Origin: an uncultured virus (IMG/VR IMGVR_UViG_3300028903_000203)
Taxonomy: Duplodnaviria > Heunggongvirae > Uroviricota > Caudoviricetes
DNA: 45,595 nt
Virus record (IMG/VR): IMGVR_UViG_3300028903_000203
Reading direction: 5' to 3' (one strand)
In this document: positions 1-8,627 of the stretch, in pieces
Layout: each line of letters opens with the position of its first letter
How positions within the stretch are numbered: position 1 is the first letter of the stretch
The notes under the pieces: generated by a model
Database searches by the model: none
The model's input: the letters and a program-made list of their open reading frames with translations, nothing else
Told to the model about the DNA's origin: nothing
Made by a program: the position numbers and the translations under genes

Positions 1-2
1 TG

Positions 3-605
3 CGGGACGAGGTGCTGGCGCTGGCGGGGGAGAGCGATATGCTGCGGGAGCGTCTGCTGCGCAATGCCGATGAGGAAGACTTCATCCACTATGAGGGGAA
101 CCACGAGCAGGCGCTGTGGGCGGTGCGTAGGTATCTGGAGGGGGTGGAGAAAGAGCTGGCCGCGCCCGTAGTAGTAGAGGCCGCCGCGCCCGTAGAGCCG
201 CCTCCCGCATACCGCAGCGTGACGCCGGAAACCACGGCCCGCGAGATCGCGCTGGCCGGCGGAGTAATCTCTTGGCCTGCGCCGTCACGCCAACGGCGAG
301 GCAAGGGCAAATTGGCACAAGCCGCTGCCGTCGCGCCGGCCGTCACGGCGGAGCAATCCCTGGCGGACGTGCTGCGGGCCGGAGGGCGGGTGACCTTTCC
401 GGACGGCTCGTGGATCGAGGGCCGTCCCAGCAACCAACCCCCGCGTCTCAATTATCGGGAACCGACCCACCCCCAACCGGATGACTACTCCACGTCATTT
501 GTGTGGTGGGAGTTGGGGCCAGAGACCGTCATTACCGCTTTGCAGCGACTGGAAGGGGACCGCTTGCTCGCAGACAGGTGGGCGGCCCGCAAGAGCAAGC
601 CGTAA
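3..605 (+). CDS. Partial (5'-truncated) protein, probably the C-terminus of another MSC-leader family member
   Basis: The frame is open from the window edge. Segment LRERLLRNADEEDFIHYEG..ALWAVRRYL matches VHERLLRDADAEDFIHFD..VYGAVGKYV in ORF 1776-3968. Confidence 0.7.
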   Translation, partial: RDEVLALAGESDMLRERLLRNADEEDFIHYEGNHEQALWAVRRYLEGVEKELAAPVVVEAAAPVEPPPAYRSVTPETTAREIALAGGVISWPAPSRQRRGKGKLAQAAAVAPAVTAEQSLADVLRAGGRVTFPDGSWIEGRPSNQPPRLNYREPTHPQPDDYSTSFVWWELGPETVITALQRLEGDRLLADRWAARKSKP

Positions 606-636
606 ATGCTGTACTGCGAAATCTAAGTAAAGCATC
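605..636. repeat. 32-bp imperfect palindrome, copy 1
   Basis: AATGCTGTACTGCGA-AA-TCTAAGTAAAGCATC aligns with the perfect copy at 14734-14765. Confidence 0.85.
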
Positions 637-664
637 GTTGTAGGTAGGCTGTGCAGGATACACC

Positions 665-1762
665 ATGTCGTGCAAGAACATCTGGGAACAAGAGCTAGCT
701 GGCCGGCTGGAATGGACCACCCGCGTGGCTGCCGCGCAGGTCGATGGCGGGTGGCGGTGTGACCACGCTGGCTGCACCGCCCTGGTCAACCGGGCTACCA
801 ATGCCTGCGTGCGGGGCCATGCGCAAGGCAGCAGTGCGCCGACCTACCAAGCGGAAGTTGGAGCGCTACTGTGTCTGACGGAAGAACTGGAGCAACGCGA
901 CTTGCTGCGCCGGGGCTTTACGAAAAAGCGACGGCGGCTGATCCGGGACTACCCCGCTGGGATCACCGGGGAAGTCGGACCTCTGGGCGAGGATGGTCTG
1001 GGCGACGTCCTCACGGTGGTGGGGCGGGTCATCCGGACGTTGCGGGCTGAACCCGCCGCCGCTCTGGACGGCGACCCCCGGCTACAGGTCGCCCGAGCGG
1101 CGTATCGGCTGGGCGTATGGACCAAACTGGAGGCCCTGTGGCGGGCCCGCGCGACTGATCTGCCCCTCCCGGCCATGTCGGAGGAGCTGCCCTCCGACCC
1201 GACAGCAGCAGCCCCGGTGGCACAAGCGGCGGTGCGAGCAGCGACCGGGGTGGACAGCTTCACGGTGACAGTGCGCGACGGTGAACTGTGCCTGGGCATC
1301 GGCACAGAACAGGACTGGGGGCTAGGGGCGCGGGCCCACACCGCGGTCGAGCAAGCCGGGTACGACCGCTTAGGATTACGGCCGGCCGCTGGCGAGAACC
1401 GGATCGGCCCCGGTTGTGCCATCAACCCGGGGGAATGGGGCACCACTTGGGGGCCCCGCTTACGAGCAGCAGCGCGACAGCGCTTGGCGTACCAAGCCGA
1501 CCCGCTGGCGACCGCCCCGCCATACCTGTGCGTGGTGTTGCAACAGGCCCTGGGGGTCTATCGGCGCACGGGGGACATCATCCTGGCTACCCGCGACAGC
1601 CTGGGGTTTGGTATCGGGGCCCGGCGCGCGGTGGAGATGGAGCGGTGGCTGGACGCCATCTCCCATCCCCTGGCTTGGCGCACGGGTTGGACCAGGGATG
1701 AAGCCCGCTTCAAGCTGCTGGTGCGCGAACTGGCGGGGGAGAGAGTGGACTACGACTCGTAG
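665..1762 (+). CDS. MSC-leader family protein 1 (subtype A), unknown C-terminus
   Basis: MSCKNIWEQELAGRL..RVAAAQVDG..RCDHAGC..LVNRATNAC..GH; YQAEVGALLC and GDPRLQVAR motifs. Confidence 0.85.
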   Translation: MSCKNIWEQELAGRLEWTTRVAAAQVDGGWRCDHAGCTALVNRATNACVRGHAQGSSAPTYQAEVGALLCLTEELEQRDLLRRGFTKKRRRLIRDYPAGITGEVGPLGEDGLGDVLTVVGRVIRTLRAEPAAALDGDPRLQVARAAYRLGVWTKLEALWRARATDLPLPAMSEELPSDPTAAAPVAQAAVRAATGVDSFTVTVRDGELCLGIGTEQDWGLGARAHTAVEQAGYDRLGLRPAAGENRIGPGCAINPGEWGTTWGPRLRAAARQRLAYQADPLATAPPYLCVVLQQALGVYRRTGDIILATRDSLGFGIGARRAVEMERWLDAISHPLAWRTGWTRDEARFKLLVRELAGERVDYDS

Positions 1763-1775
1763 CCGGAGGCGTGCG

Positions 1776-3968
1776 ATGTCCTGTAAGGACTTCTGGGAAA
1801 AAGAGATGGCGGGCCGGTTGGCGGGGCCGGCGCGGGTCGCGGCCGGCCAGGTGGATGGGGCGGAGCACTGTGTTGTACCTGGCTGCCCCCAACTTGTAAA
1901 TCGGGCCACCGGGCGCTGTGTCGGTGGCCATGTCCAATATCGTCGCCAGACCCCTGACCAGGCCCGGGCGTTGGTCGAGGCCCTGGCGTGCTGCACCCGC
2001 GAGCGGCGCGCGGTGCGCGGCGCGGGGACGCCGGCAATTGACTCACCGGCTGATGCTTGTCTCCGGTTTGCCACCTATGCCGCAGCCCATGAACAGCCCG
2101 GCTGGAAGCGGGCGGCGGTGCAGGCCATGTTGGGAAGGGCGGAGGACGAACTGCGGCGTGGCCTTGCTATTTCCGATGCCCGGATACAGGCCGCCCGAGC
2201 ATTTCTGGCTGTCCCTCTGCCCGCGCGGGCCCCGGGCGCGGGCCCTGACTGGGCGGACTATCAAATGGCGCAGGTCCAGGCTGCCATGAGCGATCCTGCC
2301 TACCAACAGCTCGTGGGCGGTGCGGAGCAGGTGATGCTGTATTGGGCGGCCCGTGCCACCTACGACCCACCGGGGGGCCTGTATCTTACAGCGCGGCGGG
2401 GTAACCGCCTGCACTCGGCCCGGTATGAAGAAGGCCAAGGTTGGCAGCTTGGCGAGCCGGTCGAGCATCCGGCGGCAGGCGAGTACATGGCGCAGCAGGC
2501 GCGTACCGCCCGTCGCAACGGGCTCCTTCTCGCCGAGCATTGCCCTGGCTGTGGACAGTTCGTGAGTTCCGACCGGGGCCATGCTTGCCCCGGCAAACTC
2601 GATGCCTGTGGGCGGGACGTGCGCCCCTTTGCCCGCTTGCTAGGGGAGATTATGGAGCCCCTGGAGCAAACGGAGTGGCCGGAGGAGTACGGCGTCGATG
2701 GCGAACAATTGGTCGCGGCGAAGCACGACTTGGAAGCGGCGCTGCGGGGGGAAGAGCCGCCAGGGTTGCCAGCGTCACTACGCTTTGTGTATACCGCGGT
2801 GCTGGAGCAGTCTGCTGAGGTCCACGAGCGACTCCTGCGGGACGCCGATGCTGAGGACTTTATCCATTTCGACGCACTGACCGACGAGGTGTACGGTGCC
2901 GTCGGGAAGTACGTGGCGGCAGTAACCGCGCCGCCTCCGTCGCTCAACGCTGACCCCGCTGTGGTTTTGCCACCCTGGAGTCCCCCGGAAACGCCTGCGG
3001 AAGCGGCCCTGGTTATCGGCAACATGTTGGAGGCGATCACGGGCCGGCCGTGGCAGGTGGAGGCGACAGAAACCGGGGTGCGGTTGGGGACGGAAGTGGT
3101 CCCCCGTACCCGGGCGGCGGCCAAAGACAGGAAACTCTTGGCCGTGCTGACCGAGGTGCCGCGCATCCTGCTCGGCAAGATCGAACTGCGGCAGGAGGAT
3201 TGGCTGCGCGTAGCGTACCGGCTGCGAGGTATCGTGGCCGGTCAGGCGCTGCTGCGCTCGCCGTGGGTCGTGACCCAAATCCCGGCGGCGCGCCAAATCC
3301 TGCGACAGCGCCGCGCTTATGAACATGACTTCGAGATTGCGGCCCGCAATCTGGCAGTACATGTGGCGGAGCAGGTACGGGGGGCCGGCAACGCCGAACA
3401 GCTACTCGCCAACTGTCGGGCGAACACGCTCGCGGACGCCCCTAATGCTCCCGGGGACTGGCAGTCCGTGTACGAAGTCTTGTACGGTTACGCGACGGCG
3501 CAGCAGCTCGCCGGCACCGCGCCAGCGCCGGAAGACGTGGTGCGCCAGGCCCAGGTCAATGTAGCCGCCGGAGTTATTCCGCAGGTCGGCCCCACGATCT
3601 TGCGGTCGCTTACCACTTTTCCCGAGCGCGGCGGGCCGGGTGCGGAGCTGGTGGTGATGGAGGACCTCATCAATCCGGCCGACGGGGCCGAGGACAAAAA
3701 CTGGCCGGTGCATACCTTCCGCCTGGAAACGGATGGCCGGATCGAACACACGGTGCGCTGGGCCACGTATGCGCAGGCCCATGCCTTGGTTGACGAGGCG
3801 CGGGGGGTGGCCGAGTCATTGGGTGTCGAGGGCTTGCTCCACTGTTTTTCCTGCGGGCTGCCTTACCGGACCTTGACCACATGCATGTGCGGTGAGAAGC
3901 GGTCGCGCCAGCGCCACTGGCCGGAAGGCTGGCCGCGGCACCAGCCGCTCAAGCCGCAGCCCGCGTGA
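1776..3968 (+). CDS. MSC-leader family protein 2 (subtype A), multidomain, with CPGCGQF..HACP and a C-terminal Zn-ribbon-like segment
   Basis: ATG at 1776 follows a GGAGG RBS; MSCKDFWEKEMAGRL leader. The ORF-track start at 1416 is an upstream extension. Confidence 0.85.
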   Translation: MSCKDFWEKEMAGRLAGPARVAAGQVDGAEHCVVPGCPQLVNRATGRCVGGHVQYRRQTPDQARALVEALACCTRERRAVRGAGTPAIDSPADACLRFATYAAAHEQPGWKRAAVQAMLGRAEDELRRGLAISDARIQAARAFLAVPLPARAPGAGPDWADYQMAQVQAAMSDPAYQQLVGGAEQVMLYWAARATYDPPGGLYLTARRGNRLHSARYEEGQGWQLGEPVEHPAAGEYMAQQARTARRNGLLLAEHCPGCGQFVSSDRGHACPGKLDACGRDVRPFARLLGEIMEPLEQTEWPEEYGVDGEQLVAAKHDLEAALRGEEPPGLPASLRFVYTAVLEQSAEVHERLLRDADAEDFIHFDALTDEVYGAVGKYVAAVTAPPPSLNADPAVVLPPWSPPETPAEAALVIGNMLEAITGRPWQVEATETGVRLGTEVVPRTRAAAKDRKLLAVLTEVPRILLGKIELRQEDWLRVAYRLRGIVAGQALLRSPWVVTQIPAARQILRQRRAYEHDFEIAARNLAVHVAEQVRGAGNAEQLLANCRANTLADAPNAPGDWQSVYEVLYGYATAQQLAGTAPAPEDVVRQAQVNVAAGVIPQVGPTILRSLTTFPERGGPGAELVVMEDLINPADGAEDKNWPVHTFRLETDGRIEHTVRWATYAQAHALVDEARGVAESLGVEGLLHCFSCGLPYRTLTTCMCGEKRSRQRHWPEGWPRHQPLKPQPA

Positions 3969-3979
3969 GGAGGCGTGTG

Positions 3980-5338
3980 ATGTCCTGTAAGGACTTCTGG
4001 GAAAAAGAGCTGGCGGGCCGGCTGGCCGGTCCGAGCCGGGTGGCTCCCGGCCAGGTGGACGGCGGCCAGCGCTGCACCCGGCCAGGCTGCGACGCCCTGG
4101 TAAACCGGGCCGCCGGGCGTTGTGTCAAGGGCCACAGCCAGGGTGTTACCGAGGCCGGCTATCCGCAGGAGCTGGATGCCCTGCTGTGCCTGGCCGGGGA
4201 GTTGCGGGACCGGGGGCTGCTGTCGGCGGTGGATGAGGGCAGAGTGGTAGCCATCCAGGACTTTAGCCGTACCGCCCAGGAGCAGGCCGCTGGGGACGCG
4301 GGGCAGGTGGCGCAGGAGGGAGCGGAGGCCGTGGTTGCCCTCGTCAACCTGGTGGAGCGGGCCGAGTTCGCCCTTTCCCCGGAGGAAAGCGCGACACTGC
4401 ACGACGACCCACGGGTGCGGGCTGGGCGGTCCTTTGTGCATGCTGCCGCGCTGGAGTCGCTGCGGCAGGCATTAGGACCCTTGGGTGACCCCGAGGGTGG
4501 TGCAGAGCAGAGGGTCAATGAGCGGTTGGCGGAGGGGCTGGCCCAGAGTGCCCTCTCCCCAACGGATGGCCAATGTCGAACGCTGAAATACCGCTGCCAG
4601 ACAGGGGTGACTTTCGTGCGCAGCATGCGGGAGGCGCTGGCGTACCCCGGCGAAGCGCGTACTCAGCCGCGTCGCTGGTTGCAACGATTGTTGGGGCTCC
4701 GGGCCATGGCGCAGATGTGCAACGCCCCGGTGGCCGAGCCACGGGAAGAAGCGCGTTTTCGAGCGGTCGTGTCCGATACGGTGAACGGAATGTATCCCGG
4801 CCCCGACCCGTTGGAGGACGGGCGGGAAGCGCTGGGACCGCTGGGCGCGGCCGAACGCGCTCTACAACGCTGCTGGCGGCAGGTAAGGAATGACGCGGCC
4901 CGGTTTCCCCTGGCCCTACTGCGGGCGGTGGCCGCGGAGGACGGGATGCCGTATGCCCAGTATGCCTCGCGGCAGTTGATCCTCCACTGGGCCGCTAACA
5001 CAACGGAGCACAGCCTGTACCGCGAGATTCTGAACACACTGGGCCAGGGCCGACACAAAGAGATGGCTGCGGCGGGCGCAGATGGGGCTATGCGGGTTTG
5101 GCGGCAGGGGGAGCGCGTGCGCTTTACCGACCCCGATGGAAGCGAGCTGCGGGGCGAGCTGCGGGTGTGTCAGTTGCAAATCACCTCGCTGGGGGGGAGT
5201 GCCAGCCACTACGCGGGGGCCGACACTGATGTATTGGTGCCAGCGGGGAATGTTCTGCTACGCGGCGGCCCACAAAGCGGGTGGTCGAGGACCGTTCCGT
5301 TAGCTTGGCTGACGGTGGAGACCAGCGATGAGCTGTAA
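3980..5338 (+). CDS. MSC-leader family protein 3 (subtype A) with shared SH3/KOW-like C-terminal module
   Basis: ATG at 3980 follows GAGGAGG. The tail GADGAMRVWRQGERVRFTD..GEL is shared with ORFs 8624, 10786 and 12851. Confidence 0.85.
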   Translation: MSCKDFWEKELAGRLAGPSRVAPGQVDGGQRCTRPGCDALVNRAAGRCVKGHSQGVTEAGYPQELDALLCLAGELRDRGLLSAVDEGRVVAIQDFSRTAQEQAAGDAGQVAQEGAEAVVALVNLVERAEFALSPEESATLHDDPRVRAGRSFVHAAALESLRQALGPLGDPEGGAEQRVNERLAEGLAQSALSPTDGQCRTLKYRCQTGVTFVRSMREALAYPGEARTQPRRWLQRLLGLRAMAQMCNAPVAEPREEARFRAVVSDTVNGMYPGPDPLEDGREALGPLGAAERALQRCWRQVRNDAARFPLALLRAVAAEDGMPYAQYASRQLILHWAANTTEHSLYREILNTLGQGRHKEMAAAGADGAMRVWRQGERVRFTDPDGSELRGELRVCQLQITSLGGSASHYAGADTDVLVPAGNVLLRGGPQSGWSRTVPLAWLTVETSDEL

Positions 5339-5794
5339 GAAGTGGTGGCAGAAGGTCGTGACCGCCTTATACAGGCTACCAAGATCGCTCCGGCGTGTGT
5401 GGACGGAGCGCTGCGGTGCCAATGCGGTGCGCCGCTGCACAAGGATGGTTCGTGCCCGCAAGGCCATGCTGCGGCCGGCTTGGGCGCGGTGGGCAACCTG
5501 TTGGTGAGCGAGGCGCGCATCCTGAGCATACAAGCAGAGGTCTGGGGCGAGGGCGCGCGGCTAGTCCAGGCCGCCCCGCTCTATGGGTCGTTCAACACTC
5601 CCGCGGGGCAAGCACTCGCCGGTTACGTGCCCGACGTAGTGCGGACCGCGCTGCGTCGACTGGTACTGGCGACGGTGGGTGAGCATGTAGGCCATGCGAG
5701 CCATGCTGCGCCGGCCCGCCGGAAGCACCGTCGGGGGCCAAGAAAGGACCGCCCTGCTGGGGTAGAGCCACCTGTCACCGCAGAAGAGACCTAA
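5328..5794 (+). pseudogene. MSC-leader family protein 4, frameshifted after codon 3-4 (or a sequence error)
   Basis: GGAG RBS then ATG AGC TGT AA|GAA GTG. Restoring one base gives MSCKEVVAEGRDRLIQATKIAPACVDGALRCQCG..CPQGH, in register with subtype B (L14, K19, I20). Confidence 0.7.
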
Positions 5795-5806
5795 GCCGGA
5801 GGCGGC

Positions 5807-7081
5807 ATGAGCTGCGCGGGTGAGAAGAAAAGACAATCGGCGGGATTACGGGCGGCATCGCGTATCGCGGGCAGCCAGGTGGATGGGGCCGCCCGGTGTC
5901 TTTACCCCGGCTGCAACCAACCGCTCAACACGCGGCAAGAGTGTCCGGGCGGCCACAGCCAGTGTCCGGAGGATGTGGCCCGTGCGCTCGTGAAGGCGGC
6001 ATATAACTTGCAAAGCACGCGGTCGTTTGGTCTGGATCGCCAGGCCAACGTGGTTCTGGCGCAGCAGTATGCGCGGCTGGCGCTGGATGTGGCGCTAGAG
6101 CTTGGCGCAGCCGAGTTGACCCAGCACGCCCATGCGCTCCTGGGTGATGGACCGATAGTGGGTTCGCCGCCTGCGGCGATAACGAACCTGTTTGCCGGTC
6201 TGGCCGCCGACGAGTTCGTGGTGAGTACGGACGATGCCGACCGGCTCGACGATGCGCTGCGCGCGAGCATCGGGCGACACTGGGGCCGGTGGACTCAGGG
6301 GAGCAGCGTGGGACGCTGCTGTGTCGTGCGCAATTGGGCGGGACCCGCGATGCGGGCGCGGGTGCTGGCGGTTATCGCCGGCCAGCGGCTAGGCCGCGTA
6401 GTGGCTTCCCCGCAGGATGTAAGGCTGGCGGATTTGCCACCGACGGTGCAACGGCTGGTCGTCCTGCCTGAGCCACTAGCCGCGCCGGTGCTGCCCAAAG
6501 CCGCAGCGGCTGGCAGAGAGCAGACGCCCAAGGGCGACCGGCAGGCGGCTGGCCCCGAGCTGGCAGGACAAGAACTGCGTGCGGCTATCGCTCGCTATGG
6601 TGAGGAGATCAGGGGCAGCCAGGTCGGAGCCGCTGTCGTCGGCGCGAAGCTTGGACGATTGGCGGAGCAAGCGGCCCGGCAGGGCCAAGACGATCTGGCG
6701 CGCGAAGCGTGGTGGTGGCAAGCGGAGGCGTACTGCCGGGTGGAGATGGTCGCGTCCTGGAAAGCTGTCGCCGGGGATGAGGCGGCGCGCAAGGTGCGGA
6801 TGGCCCAAGCCTACAACGCGGCCGTGCAAGCGGGCCATGGGGGGGCCGCTATGACCGCCTTGCTGTACCTGGCGCGTTTGCACCTCGGTGAACCTCCTGA
6901 CGTGGCTGCGGCCGAGCGCTATTTGGGCCGGGCTAGAGTGGTGGCCGCGCGGCTCGCCGCCATCGCTGGCGCGCCCTATGCCCGCCAGATGGAGGATTGG
7001 AGGGCCCACATGCGGGCCCTCGTGGAGCTGGCGCGGCGGGCCAGTCGTCCGGCAGCAGCGGGCTTACGCGAGGCATGCTAG
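5807..7081 (+). CDS. MSC-leader family protein 5 (subtype B) with TPR-like helical C-terminus
   Basis: MSCAGEKKRQS..RIAGSQVDGAARCLYPGCNQPL..CPGGHSQCPEDVARAL; helical segment AMTALLYLARL..AERYLGRA. Confidence 0.85.
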   Translation: MSCAGEKKRQSAGLRAASRIAGSQVDGAARCLYPGCNQPLNTRQECPGGHSQCPEDVARALVKAAYNLQSTRSFGLDRQANVVLAQQYARLALDVALELGAAELTQHAHALLGDGPIVGSPPAAITNLFAGLAADEFVVSTDDADRLDDALRASIGRHWGRWTQGSSVGRCCVVRNWAGPAMRARVLAVIAGQRLGRVVASPQDVRLADLPPTVQRLVVLPEPLAAPVLPKAAAAGREQTPKGDRQAAGPELAGQELRAAIARYGEEIRGSQVGAAVVGAKLGRLAEQAARQGQDDLAREAWWWQAEAYCRVEMVASWKAVAGDEAARKVRMAQAYNAAVQAGHGGAAMTALLYLARLHLGEPPDVAAAERYLGRARVVAARLAAIAGAPYARQMEDWRAHMRALVELARRASRPAAAGLREAC

Positions 7082-7136
7082 TTGCGGTCTCGTCAGCGAG
7101 GGCCGCCGAGAGTAGACATAAGCAGGAGGCCGCGGA

Positions 7137-8627
7137 ATGAGCTGTAAGGATTTCTGGGCAAAGGAAGTAGCAAGTCGGTTGGCCGCGTCGGCCCGGATCG
7201 CTCCGGGCCAGGTGGACGGGGCGCAGCGCTGCGACCACGCCGGTTGTACAGAACTGGTCAACCGCGCGCTCCAGCGTTGCGTAAAAGGCCATGTGCAGGG
7301 CGGAGACCAGAAGCAAGCGCGGTATCCGGCAGAGTTGCGCGGGTTATTGTGTCTGCTGGAGGAAGTGGTCGCCCAGAAGCCTATGCCGCTATCCCAGGCT
7401 GCGCTGGACGCCGTGCTGTTCGTTGATGGAGACGGGTATCCCTATGACGGCGCGGAGGCGTACCAGCGAGGTTGTGCCCATATAGAAAAGGTCATGGCCG
7501 TCATCCGGGCCCAGGGGGAGGGGTGGCAAGATGACCCGCGAATGCAGGCGGCGCAGATGGCGCTGGCGAGTAAGCCCGGGCCCCCACGGTCGCGCGTGGC
7601 GCATGATGTCCTCGTCTTGCTGGACTGCGACAAGATGCTCCAGTTGGATGGCTCCGTCAACCTGGGCAGCGACGATGAACGGCAACGCTTTTGGGACACC
7701 GTATTGTTGGGGCTGGCCGATAACACCTCGCTGCCGGAAGACTCCATGCGCGTGGGCTGGGAATCACACCTGGATACGGCGGGCAATGCGGTGGTAAGAC
7801 TGAGCGTGGTGTATGATGCCCGCCCGGGCGATCAGCAAAGCGGGCGGATTACGGATACGGTTCTGGACCGCACGATGCCCCGCCAGGACCGCTGGACCGC
7901 CCCGGAGATTGAGGAGCTGGCAAACCGGCTCTCCGCAGAAGCAAAGGCCAAGTGGGACGAGCTGCGGGCGCGGCGCGCCCGCGCGGCTGGGGGGCTGGTC
8001 ATTACCCGCGAGGACAGACTAACCGAAATCAAGCTGACCGCAGATGCCCCTATGGCGGTGCAGGTCTATCATCACCGCCACAGCTACGGCAAGACGCCCC
8101 GACGTGAGCCTCCGCTCATCAACTGGCCGTCGGCCCCCAGTGGCGGCACGGATGCCGCTACGGCGGAGCAGTGGGCGCAGGCGATCTTGGCCGGAGCGCG
8201 GGAAGCCCGGGAGCAAGAGGCGGCCGAGGTGCGAACCGCCGCTTATCTGGAGCAGCGCCAAGAGGATGACCCCCTGGGCCGCACCTTCATAATGGGGAGC
8301 TATTCCCGGCCGGCTGACCCCTGGAGTGAGGATGCCGCGTACCCCCGGGAGAACTGGCAGGGTGAGGCAGGCAACGGCGACACCAACCTCGGCTATTGGG
8401 AGTGGGTGGAACACCAGCGGGAAGCAGACGATGCACCAGAACGGCCCGACCAGGAGGGCGACGTGGAAGGAGCTTATGCCTATCCCGAGGACCCCTGGGG
8501 TGAGGATGCCCGCTATCCGCGCGGGGACTGGCAGAGTGAAGCGGGCAATGGAGACACGAACCTCGGCTATTGGGAGTGGGTAGAACACAAGATGGACAGC
8601 GCAGCGGCTGACGAGGAGGTCCTATGA
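7137..8627 (+). CDS. MSC-leader family protein 6 (subtype A) with tandem DPW..YP..W..EAGNGDTNLGYWEWVEH repeats
   Basis: Leader motif, GGAGG RBS, and two ~33-aa C-terminal repeats 58 aa apart. Confidence 0.88.
   Translation: MSCKDFWAKEVASRLAASARIAPGQVDGAQRCDHAGCTELVNRALQRCVKGHVQGGDQKQARYPAELRGLLCLLEEVVAQKPMPLSQAALDAVLFVDGDGYPYDGAEAYQRGCAHIEKVMAVIRAQGEGWQDDPRMQAAQMALASKPGPPRSRVAHDVLVLLDCDKMLQLDGSVNLGSDDERQRFWDTVLLGLADNTSLPEDSMRVGWESHLDTAGNAVVRLSVVYDARPGDQQSGRITDTVLDRTMPRQDRWTAPEIEELANRLSAEAKAKWDELRARRARAAGGLVITREDRLTEIKLTADAPMAVQVYHHRHSYGKTPRREPPLINWPSAPSGGTDAATAEQWAQAILAGAREAREQEAAEVRTAAYLEQRQEDDPLGRTFIMGSYSRPADPWSEDAAYPRENWQGEAGNGDTNLGYWEWVEHQREADDAPERPDQEGDVEGAYAYPEDPWGEDARYPRGDWQSEAGNGDTNLGYWEWVEHKMDSAAADEEVL

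Noticed and set aside
1416..1775. ORF-track N-terminal extensions (1416, 12791, 28075, 30246 and others)
   Set aside because: The true starts are defined by the RBS and the conserved MSC; the extensions mostly overlap upstream genes or leader regions.
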